Assembly: GCA_964497265.1 (NCBI GenBank)
Contig: CAZCCK010000003.1
Span: forward strand, 2,972 to 66,971
Direction: 5' to 3'
Source of the DNA: Candidatus Woesearchaeota archaeon
GTDB lineage: Archaea; Nanobdellota; Nanobdellia; SCGC-AAA011-G17; GW2011-AR18
DNA length: 64,000 bases
The position numbers were made by a program, and so were the translations under genes. The stretch's first letter is position 1, and each line of letters opens with the position of its first letter. Positions 56,644 to 64,000 of this stretch are shown here, piece by piece. The notes under the pieces were generated by a model that saw only the letters and a program-made list of their open reading frames with translations, had not been told where the DNA came from and searched no databases.

Positions 56644-56687
56644 TTTTTGATAAAGAGCTTTATAAAAAAGAAGAGGTAAGGAGGAAG

Positions 56688-57035
56688 ATGGATGATGCTT
56701 CTTTATTGAAAGTAAGCTTAATAGTGAGTTGTCTTGGGATGATGCTGTTAGTTGGTTTAGATTATTGGTATGTTGCTCCTTCAATGAAGATTAAAGAAAT
56801 AACTTTAGAAAAAGTGGGACAAGAGGTTATCATTAAAGGAGAGTTAAAATCTTCTTATCTTAAGTCTGGAAACTTGCTGTTTGAACTTTCAGATGATTCT
56901 GGTAAGATTCAGGGTATTTTGTTTCATGCAGAAGAGAGTTTAAAGAAAGGGGAAAGAGTGGAGGTTGAGGGGAAGGTACAGAGGTATAAAGGTAATCCTG
57001 AGATTGTAGCGACAGCGATGAAAAGAGCCAGATAA
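56688..57035 (+). CDS. Membrane-anchored OB-fold protein
   Basis: N-terminal TM helix; LSDDSGKI...VEVEGKVQRYKG. Confidence 0.75.
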   Translation: MDDASLLKVSLIVSCLGMMLLVGLDYWYVAPSMKIKEITLEKVGQEVIIKGELKSSYLKSGNLLFELSDDSGKIQGILFHAEESLKKGERVEVEGKVQRYKGNPEIVATAMKRAR

Positions 57036-57140
57036 TAGCTTATAAGATAGTTATACTGTAAAAGCTAGTCTTCACAAGAGATAAATATATAAATTAAGTC
57101 CGTTTAATATCGAATGTAAGAGTGTGTAAAGGTAAAAAAG

Positions 57141-57878
57141 ATGGATCATTTGACAAAAGCTGCTCCCAGATTAGTTGAGGAACATAATGCTGCTGGTGAT
57201 TCAAATGCTTTTTCTAAGATTATTCCTGCTTTAATGAAGAAAGGTTTAGAGAATGTTAATCTTTCAATGTTTAGCGAAGAAAAGAAGATGGAGCTTCTTA
57301 ATGCTGCTGCTGAAGAATATCTTAAAAGAAATCAAGTTGTTGATGCGATTAAAGTATTTATGATGACAGGCAATAAGAAACGTCTTATTGAAGTAGGAGA
57401 CGATCATGTTCGTGTCGGTTTGTATTCTCACGCTATTGAAGCATACAAGTTAGCTGGCGATCATGAGAGGTTAACCAAGATTGGAGATAAGTGTTTAGAG
57501 GCGGGTCATATTACTGAGGCTATTGCTGCTTACAAGGTAGTAGCTGATCAAGATCGATTAAATAAGGTAGGAGATTATTGTTTAGAGAAAGGAAAAATTG
57601 ATTTTGCTATTGAGGTTTATGCAGCTTTAGAGAATAAGACAAAATTGAACGCTTTAGGGGACAAGTGCTTCGGTGAGAAGAATTATATGTACGCTCATAA
57701 AGCGTATGCGATGGTGCAGGAGAAAGACAAGCTAAACAGAGTGGGTGAAGAGTTTATGAAGATGGGGTTACTTGCCAACGCTTTACGATCTTTTGAGGCT
57801 GCTGATAATCAGATGATGGTTCAATTTATCAAGGAGAATTTCTCTGAGAAGAATTTAGCAGAAAAAGTGTATGTCTGA
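57141..57878 (+). CDS. Alpha-solenoid protein with six 29-aa repeats
   Basis: Repeat consensus (R/K)LxxxGDxCxxxGxxxxAIxxY. Confidence 0.75.
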   Translation: MDHLTKAAPRLVEEHNAAGDSNAFSKIIPALMKKGLENVNLSMFSEEKKMELLNAAAEEYLKRNQVVDAIKVFMMTGNKKRLIEVGDDHVRVGLYSHAIEAYKLAGDHERLTKIGDKCLEAGHITEAIAAYKVVADQDRLNKVGDYCLEKGKIDFAIEVYAALENKTKLNALGDKCFGEKNYMYAHKAYAMVQEKDKLNRVGEEFMKMGLLANALRSFEAADNQMMVQFIKENFSEKNLAEKVYV

Positions 57879-58248
57879 AGGTTTTGATCTTGTTGTAAAT
57901 AAAATTTTAGAAGGGAAACCTATCGATTTAAGTGTTCTTCCTGAAAGTCAGAGGAAGAATTTCGATATTTCGGCTCAGGAATTATTCTCAAGAGGTTTTT
58001 ATTTGGAAGCAGCTAAGGTTTTTGCTATGACCAAGAATGAAGGTAAACTTCTTGAGGTTGCACAGCATTGTTTGAAAGAGAGAAAGTTAGAAGTTGCTTA
58101 TTATGCTTTTAACGCTTTGAGAAACAAAGAAGGGTTGAATAGAACAGGAGAAGCTTTTCTCCAAGTTCCTGATGTGAGTGGCGCGTTATCTTGTTTTGAG
58201 GCTGCTCAGAATGAGATGATGAGTTCTTTTATTAGAATTAATTTCTAA
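57871..58248 (+). CDS. Shorter paralogous 29-aa repeat protein
   Basis: C-terminus FEAAQNEMMSSFIRINF matches FEAADNQMMVQFIKENF of the upstream gene; 8-nt overlap. Confidence 0.75.
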   Translation: MSEGFDLVVNKILEGKPIDLSVLPESQRKNFDISAQELFSRGFYLEAAKVFAMTKNEGKLLEVAQHCLKERKLEVAYYAFNALRNKEGLNRTGEAFLQVPDVSGALSCFEAAQNEMMSSFIRINF

Positions 58249-58315
58249 AGAAAGGATTAGATGCAGAATCGAGGTTAAGATATTCCTAGAAATTATTTAT
58301 GGATTTATTACTTAA

Positions 58316-60847
58316 TTAGGGACACGGTTTAGAATAAGGTATTTTCCAGATTCCTTCACCTTCCGTTCCTGCATAGATATACTTTTTATCCGTGGAAAAT
58401 GCGAGAGAAGTAATAAAAGATTTTTGAATTGAAGGGTTATAAATTTTCCAAGAAATACCATTGTCTTTAGAAATCCAAATACCTGAACTAGCTAAATAGG
58501 AGGTTTGACCTACTTTAGATACAAATGTTCCTGTGAGTTTATCTGCTTGTGGAATAGTAAGAGCGGGATTTAATCCTACATAGAGAAAACCGCAGTCGTC
58601 TCTAAGTAGATTAGACGGACGAGTATAGGGAAAATGGGTTAACCAGTTTCTTCCATAGTCGTTGGAGACAAATAAGCCGTAACCGTTACCTAGGATTATT
58701 TGTTGAGAGTTAACAAACAAGTGTGGGATTGAAGATTTATCTAAATTTAAATGAAAAGCTTCTTCAGAAAAAGTTTGAGTGATAAAACCTGAAGAAGGAG
58801 GGGGTAAAGAGAGGGAAGTTTTTGTCCAATGGATAAGATCTGTGGAGCTAAAAAGGTAGTGGTCTGAATTCTCAGAGGTGAGAACATAAAATTTATTTTT
58901 TCCAGCTTCTTGTGTTAAGAAAAAGTCAGAAACAGGTTTATTTTCAGGAATTTGAATAAGTTGTAATTCGAGGGGTTTGTTTGTTTCAATTTTCAGTCTG
59001 AAGAAACGATGGAGAGGACCATTAAACTCTTCATTAAAGTAATACCATCCATCAAAGTATTTAAGATTAGAGTGAAGAATAGATCGTGGAGATGCAGATA
59101 TTCCAGAATAGGTTCCAGTTCCAGCAATGGATAAGGGTTTAGAAAGGGTCATAATAGAAGCGATATCCAAATTGTTAATACTTCCTTCTGTTAAAAATCC
59201 GTCATAAGCCGGGAGTGCTTCTGTTGTACACCCTTTATTTTGTCCCGGTTCAGGACCTGTTTCTTCGCCTTCCAATCCTTCGATAGATCCATCTTGGTTA
59301 ATCCAATAATAGCCACGATGCCATAATCCCGAATAGATTCTACAAGGAGCAACTTTAACTGCGGCTGTATCAGTTAAGTAAAGGTTGTTTACTAAGTTTT
59401 TAAGAGTATCATCTGGGAGGGAGACAAATAAACCTTGGTCTGATGGAAGATAGATTTTATCTTGTTGTTTAATCATAGGGCTGAGTCTTAAATCTGAAGG
59501 GCCACGAATAATTGTTTTAAATACGTAAGGAGAACCTGGGGCATTTATTCGGTTTTGATTTTGAATCATCATTGGAGCAGGAAGATAAAAGAAGTTTTCA
59601 GGGTTGAATTTTAATTCGAAGGTAGATCCGGTATCTTTAGATTTATATAAACCGTAAAGATAGATAAAGACTTGGATGTTCTGTGGGTTTGTCTCATCAA
59701 AGGAGATGTCTTGAATTTGCTCGTTGAATTTAGTGTCTGTGAAAGAAAGAGGACTTTCAGAAGGACGATAAGCAAACGTTGTTATAGCGCTAGGAACGAT
59801 TGTTTGCCAGTTTAGACCTGAATTAGTGCTCCTGAGGAAGGTTGTTGTTCTATCCCTATCGTCAAAAGCTGCGATTAAAATCGTTTGTCCGTCTGAAGAG
59901 ATATCATAAGCGTTTAATAATCCCGACAGTGCGGGAAAAGTAAGTTTATTCCAGGTTTGCCCACCGTCATTAGTAGTGAAGATTTCATCATTCCAAGTTC
60001 CAAGAATTCCTTTACCTGTGCTTTTAATTTTAACAAAATAAGTTTTTTTAAATAACGCAGTTGTAGAATATTTGTCAAAAAAATTGTATTTAGTCCAAGT
60101 TAGACCGTCATCTTTAGAAATTGCAAAATCGTTTCCGCAGGAGTAAAAGATGTTTCTTTCATTAAAATAAGTAAGAGTAGTTAGAATACCTAGATTCTTA
60201 AGATTAGAACAACCTTTAAGATTAATGTTATAATTTAATTTCCAGGTGTAACCGTTATCTTTAGATTCGTAAAGGAGATTTCCAAAGCTAGTTGCAAAAA
60301 GGTGCGTATCGGATTTAGGATCTAGTAAGATGCTATCCACCCTATTAAAGGGATAGGTTATCTGTTTGTTCCAATTAATTCCTTGATTGCTTGAATAAAA
60401 GAGTCCTGCTCCTTCAGTACCTATCCAAAGTTTTCCGGAGTTTTGTTTGGAATAGTCTAAAGACGTTACAACCCCAAATCCTTTTGCTCCAATTTTTTCA
60501 GGAGATAGCCAAGGTTTATTGAAAGGTTTTAATTCTGGAAAAAAGTATATTTTTTTAAGATCAAGGGGGGCGAGTTTTGTGGGTTTAGATTTTTTTAAGA
60601 GTTCATCTTCCTCATCTTGAAATTCAAAAAACCTTTCTTTTTCTGATTCCTCTAATTCAGTTAATGGAGAATTAATAGATTCAGATTTTTCTTCTTGTCT
60701 AATCGGTTGGTCGAGAGAATTGGGAAAAATAGCTTTACCTATTATAGACTCAGTAGAGGAATTTACGCTTAGAAAAACAAGAGAAGCAGCCAGGAAGATA
60801 AAGAGAAGAAGATATAAGAATGAAACTCGAAATCGAAATTTATTCAT
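58316..60847 (-). CDS. Secreted Asp-box (BNR) beta-propeller protein
   Basis: Signal/TM segment; repeats SSNQGINW, SKDNGYTW, SKDDGLTW, TNDGGQTW, STNSGLNW, SNDYGRNW and SKDNGISW. Confidence 0.85.
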   Translation of the reverse strand: MNKFRFRVSFLYLLLFIFLAASLVFLSVNSSTESIIGKAIFPNSLDQPIRQEEKSESINSPLTELEESEKERFFEFQDEEDELLKKSKPTKLAPLDLKKIYFFPELKPFNKPWLSPEKIGAKGFGVVTSLDYSKQNSGKLWIGTEGAGLFYSSNQGINWNKQITYPFNRVDSILLDPKSDTHLFATSFGNLLYESKDNGYTWKLNYNINLKGCSNLKNLGILTTLTYFNERNIFYSCGNDFAISKDDGLTWTKYNFFDKYSTTALFKKTYFVKIKSTGKGILGTWNDEIFTTNDGGQTWNKLTFPALSGLLNAYDISSDGQTILIAAFDDRDRTTTFLRSTNSGLNWQTIVPSAITTFAYRPSESPLSFTDTKFNEQIQDISFDETNPQNIQVFIYLYGLYKSKDTGSTFELKFNPENFFYLPAPMMIQNQNRINAPGSPYVFKTIIRGPSDLRLSPMIKQQDKIYLPSDQGLFVSLPDDTLKNLVNNLYLTDTAAVKVAPCRIYSGLWHRGYYWINQDGSIEGLEGEETGPEPGQNKGCTTEALPAYDGFLTEGSINNLDIASIMTLSKPLSIAGTGTYSGISASPRSILHSNLKYFDGWYYFNEEFNGPLHRFFRLKIETNKPLELQLIQIPENKPVSDFFLTQEAGKNKFYVLTSENSDHYLFSSTDLIHWTKTSLSLPPPSSGFITQTFSEEAFHLNLDKSSIPHLFVNSQQIILGNGYGLFVSNDYGRNWLTHFPYTRPSNLLRDDCGFLYVGLNPALTIPQADKLTGTFVSKVGQTSYLASSGIWISKDNGISWKIYNPSIQKSFITSLAFSTDKKYIYAGTEGEGIWKIPYSKPCP

Positions 60848-61056
60848 GATGTCCTTTAGTTTTAAAGACTTAATTAAGTTTTCGATAAAGTTTTTCTCAA
60901 AACCGTCGCTCTATACCTATTTGTCAAATTCGACTACATGAAAGTAATAAGAATTGCTCGTACACAATGACGCATAAGATCATTTAAGAGCAGAATATTA
61001 AAAGTTTTTGGAAATTCTAAAGAAAACTATTTAAAGTTTGAAGTTAAATTAAAGAT

Positions 61057-61233
61057 ATGTTAACCAAAGAACAAAAGATTACTTGGAAAAGAGTAAATGA
61101 AAACCGTAGCTATATCAAAAAGAATTGGCATAAAAGTACTTATTATGGTCTCTCTTCTGCAGAGGTAGTGAGATTATTTAGAGATGGAAAGATAGAAGAA
61201 TATTTAAGCAACAAATCTAAGGTTCGCAAATAG
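61057..61233 (+). CDS. 58-aa putative VapB-like antitoxin (not in the ORF track)
   Basis: MLTKEQKITWKRVNENRSYIKKNWHKSTYYGLSSAEVVRLFRDGKIEEYLSNKSKVRK; BRE/TATA GAAAACTATTTAAA upstream. Confidence 0.5.
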   Translation: MLTKEQKITWKRVNENRSYIKKNWHKSTYYGLSSAEVVRLFRDGKIEEYLSNKSKVRK

Positions 61234-61654
61234 TTAAAGAGAATTCTTGTTCTAATCTTTTGCTTGCTAAAACTTGACGATCTAAAGTAAAAAAGGTTTT
61301 AGTGTTATTGGCAAATGCTGAAGCAAGAATCATACTATCATTTTCACTAAGATAAGGATCGATTCTCCTTAGATGAATAAGTAAAGAGATAAAAGAGTCT
61401 ACAGGAGGGATATAGATTCTTACCGAATAGGACGTCAAAAGCGTAAAAAATTCAAGAAAAAAACGGTGTCTTAATTGAAGATTTTCTTCCGCTTCTAAAA
61501 TTAAGAGAGCTTCTCCAAGAGTAAGAGTTGAAATGTGAAGTAAATATCGATCTGAATAAGTCGAAAGTTGAAAAAGTTTTCTCGCTTTTGTTTGTTTTAG
61601 TCCTTCAAATATAATCTCAAGAAGAACAGAGGTATCTAGGTCATAAATATCCAT
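61217..61654 (-). CDS. PIN-domain (VapC-like) ribonuclease
   Basis: LDTSVL, STLTLGE, SENDSMILASA and FFTLD: all PIN acidic residues are present. Confidence 0.85.
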   Translation of the reverse strand: MDIYDLDTSVLLEIIFEGLKQTKARKLFQLSTYSDRYLLHISTLTLGEALLILEAEENLQLRHRFFLEFFTLLTSYSVRIYIPPVDSFISLLIHLRRIDPYLSENDSMILASAFANNTKTFFTLDRQVLASKRLEQEFSLTICEP

Positions 61655-61761
61655 CGATTAAAAGAGAGGAAGTTAATTTAAAAAGATAAGGAAGAATTTC
61701 CCGAAAACTTTTCGGAAAATGAAGGACTGAGTTTTTTAAGAGTGTTTCTAAGAGATAAAGA

Positions 61762-62958
61762 GTGATCGAGCAAGTAGTAGGAATCTTTATAGGAATTTTT
61801 GTAGGCATTTTTACTGGTTTATTTCCTGGAGTGCATATTAATCTTGTTTCAGCGACTTTGGTTTCTTTCTCTCCAGTAATTTTAAAGTATGTAAGTCCTA
61901 TTACTGCTTCATTGTTTATTATTTCTATGTCTATTACTCACAGCTTTTTGGATTTTATTCCTTCGACTTTTTTAGGAGCACCAAATGCGGAAACAAGCGT
62001 GAGTTTGCTTCCTGCTCATAGTTTATTACATCAAGGAAGGGCTAAAGAAGCGATTTTCTTTTCCGTTTTGGGAGCTTTTTCAGGATTAATTTTAGCGATA
62101 GTTTTGGCTATTCCAGTCACTTACTTAGTAAAATTTCTCTACAATATCATGAAGGATTATATTCCAGTGATCTTGGTTGGAATTGTTTTTTTCTTAATTA
62201 TGAGAGAGAAAAAGAAAGGTTTGGCTTTTATGATTAGTATACTGATTGGGATTTTTGGATATATCGTTTTAAACGCGAGATTTGTGAATGATCCTCTGAT
62301 GCCTTTGTTTTCTGGAATGTATGGTGTGAGTGGAATTTTAAAAAGTTTAAATGATAAAGTTACTTTAGTGAAGCAAAACCTAAAAATAAAGTATGTTATC
62401 AATAAAGCTCGTTTAGCGTTACTTTCTTTGAAATGTTTAGTGAGTGCTTGTTTTACGTGTCCTCTGCCTGGATTGAGTGCTTCTCATACCGTATTGTTAA
62501 CGTCTTATTTTGTGAAGGAGACAACAAGTCAAGAAGTATTATTTTTGAATGGTTTTGTAAATGCGGCTGGAATGGTTTTAAGTTTGCTTACCTTTTTTAG
62601 TATTGCTAAAGCGAGGAATGGGTCCATTATCGCGATTAAAGAGTTATTGGTGATAGATCAAAAGAGTTTATTGATTTTAATAGCGGGTGTTTTGATTAAT
62701 TGTTTCTTTTCTCTGTTTTTAGCATTAAAATGTAGCGAGTTAGCTGCAAAATACGCGAAGGAAATTAATTATAAAAGATTATCTTACATCATCTTAGGAG
62801 TTATTGTTTGTCTGAATGTATTACTTTGTGGTTTTTATGGACTTATTGTTTTATTTATTGCTACATTTGTTGGTTTTCTTCCGGTTACAGCCCAGGTAAG
62901 TAGAAAGCATTTGATGTCATCTCTTATTATTCCGATTATAATTTATTCATTTTGGTAG
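61762..62958 (+). CDS. TctA/DUF112-family membrane protein (GTG start)
   Basis: GIFTGLFPGVHIN, DFIPSTFLGAP and LLPAH motifs; multiple TM segments. Confidence 0.85.
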   Translation: MIEQVVGIFIGIFVGIFTGLFPGVHINLVSATLVSFSPVILKYVSPITASLFIISMSITHSFLDFIPSTFLGAPNAETSVSLLPAHSLLHQGRAKEAIFFSVLGAFSGLILAIVLAIPVTYLVKFLYNIMKDYIPVILVGIVFFLIMREKKKGLAFMISILIGIFGYIVLNARFVNDPLMPLFSGMYGVSGILKSLNDKVTLVKQNLKIKYVINKARLALLSLKCLVSACFTCPLPGLSASHTVLLTSYFVKETTSQEVLFLNGFVNAAGMVLSLLTFFSIAKARNGSIIAIKELLVIDQKSLLILIAGVLINCFFSLFLALKCSELAAKYAKEINYKRLSYIILGVIVCLNVLLCGFYGLIVLFIATFVGFLPVTAQVSRKHLMSSLIIPIIIYSFW

Positions 62959-63015
62959 AGTCATCCCTAGAGAATAGTGACTAGAAAGCTTTATGAAAGT
63001 TCTGTAGTTATAAAA

Positions 63016-64000
63016 ATGATGGCTGAAGAAAAAGCTTACACATGGGAATCTTATAAGGTTGCTAGAGACTTAAAACCTATTTGTGATGACCACATTCTAG
63101 TTGGTTTAATAAAAGGAAAAATTCCTTATGTGATTATTGCAGATGGAGTAGGAAGTAAGCCCAGGGGAGGATTATGTGCAAAATTGGCTGTAAAAGGAGC
63201 AAGTGAGAATTTAGAAGAGATGTGTGCACAAGACGGTTCAAGTTTTGGATTGAATAATATTTTAGCAGAAGTTATCTTAAAGATAGTTCCAGATTTTATA
63301 AAAGAGAATGCAAAAGAAGAGAATATTAATCCAAAAGAGTTTAATTCTTTGGCTTCCACGCTTCTTATCGCGGTAGTAGCAAACAAGGAGCTAGTGTATG
63401 CTTGTGCGGGTGATGGAGGAATCTATTACTATCGAAAGGGAAAGCTAGAAGCAGTAATGGCAGCAAATTACAGTCCTTTACAGACGAGCATCACAACAGA
63501 AAGACCCAAATTTTGGGGTCATTTTACAGAAGGAACTTTAGCTTTGGAAGAAGGAGATATTCTCTTTGCTGGTTCTGACGGATTGGTTGGAACGTTATTT
63601 TCACAGTATTTTGATAGATTCAAAGAGAAAAAAGCAGAATGGATAGGAAAATTGTTAGCTCAGACAAGTTCAAAAAAAGAAAGTAAGAAAAGTTTTAGAC
63701 CCATCCTAGAAAAGATAAGTGAAGAAAGAGAGGATGATTTCAGCGCTGCTGCAATTGAAGTCAAAGTTCAAGGGGATATTCAAAAAGATAATGTAATTAT
63801 TAGGAATTATGTAGATGTGAAAGACTTGTTTTCTTTAAATTATTTACAAACACCAAGTGAGGCGGATCTAGCTATTCTATCTTATTATGAAGGAGAGGGA
63901 GAAAGCGAAGTTACCAAGAATTTAAGGCAAGCGGGCGATAGAAGAGAATTTTATTCAAAGTTGAATTTATACAGAGATCTAAAAGCTGAAGAAAACGTAA
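63016..64000 (+). CDS. PP2C-family protein phosphatase with a C-terminal extension, open at the right edge (not in the ORF track)
   Basis: ATG 63016; ICDD, IIADGVGS, ASTLL, AGDG, GSDGL and EDDFS motifs; no stop codon before 64000. Confidence 0.85.
   Translation, partial: MMAEEKAYTWESYKVARDLKPICDDHILVGLIKGKIPYVIIADGVGSKPRGGLCAKLAVKGASENLEEMCAQDGSSFGLNNILAEVILKIVPDFIKENAKEENINPKEFNSLASTLLIAVVANKELVYACAGDGGIYYYRKGKLEAVMAANYSPLQTSITTERPKFWGHFTEGTLALEEGDILFAGSDGLVGTLFSQYFDRFKEKKAEWIGKLLAQTSSKKESKKSFRPILEKISEEREDDFSAAAIEVKVQGDIQKDNVIIRNYVDVKDLFSLNYLQTPSEADLAILSYYEGEGESEVTKNLRQAGDRREFYSKLNLYRDLKAEENV

Noticed and set aside
57141..60847. Solenoid pair plus adjacent beta-propeller as a proto-coatomer
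   Set aside because: The propeller is a convergently encoded, secreted Asp-box protein, not a cytoplasmic WD40.

Overview
An AT-rich, gene-dense archaeal chromosome segment. The gene set and the compact, mostly leaderless BRE/TATA promoters point to a DPANN lineage, probably Woesearchaeota-like (inference). Most of it is information-processing core: topoisomerase VI A/B, Dim2, RIO1, aIF-1A, aIF-2beta, RPA2, MCM with a LAGLIDADG intein, TBP, IleRS, MetRS, SerRS, RFC S/L, SSB, Trm5, FEN1, MetAP, Cdc48, RadB, TopA, Hef, ThpR and PAN. Accessory genes include a giant surface protein of at least 2187 aa running off the left edge, a transglutaminase-like protein, an Asp-box beta-propeller, PIN/VapBC remnants and a PP2C running off the right edge. 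Several elements are not explained by the ORF track: (1) three intron-containing tRNAs (Gly-CCC with 1 intron, Ile-GAT with 2, Asn-GTT with 3, including a D-loop intron), with a PD-(D/E)xK nuclease gene whose stop codon lies inside tRNA-Asn; (2) a probable remote DGR target gene with 23 consecutive NNY codons in its variable region and no RT or template repeat seen in the window; (3) a dual-guide box C/D sRNA predicted to target the 23S peptidyl-transferase region; (4) an IleRS with GVHH/PMHKS signature motifs; (5) a 17-bp palindrome 43-46 nt upstream of three unrelated genes; (6) a fused antitoxin-PIN remnant and a convergent antitoxin-like/VapC pair; (7) a tandem pair of 29-aa alpha-solenoid repeat proteins resembling clathrin repeats. 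All calls are by eye; no database searches were run.
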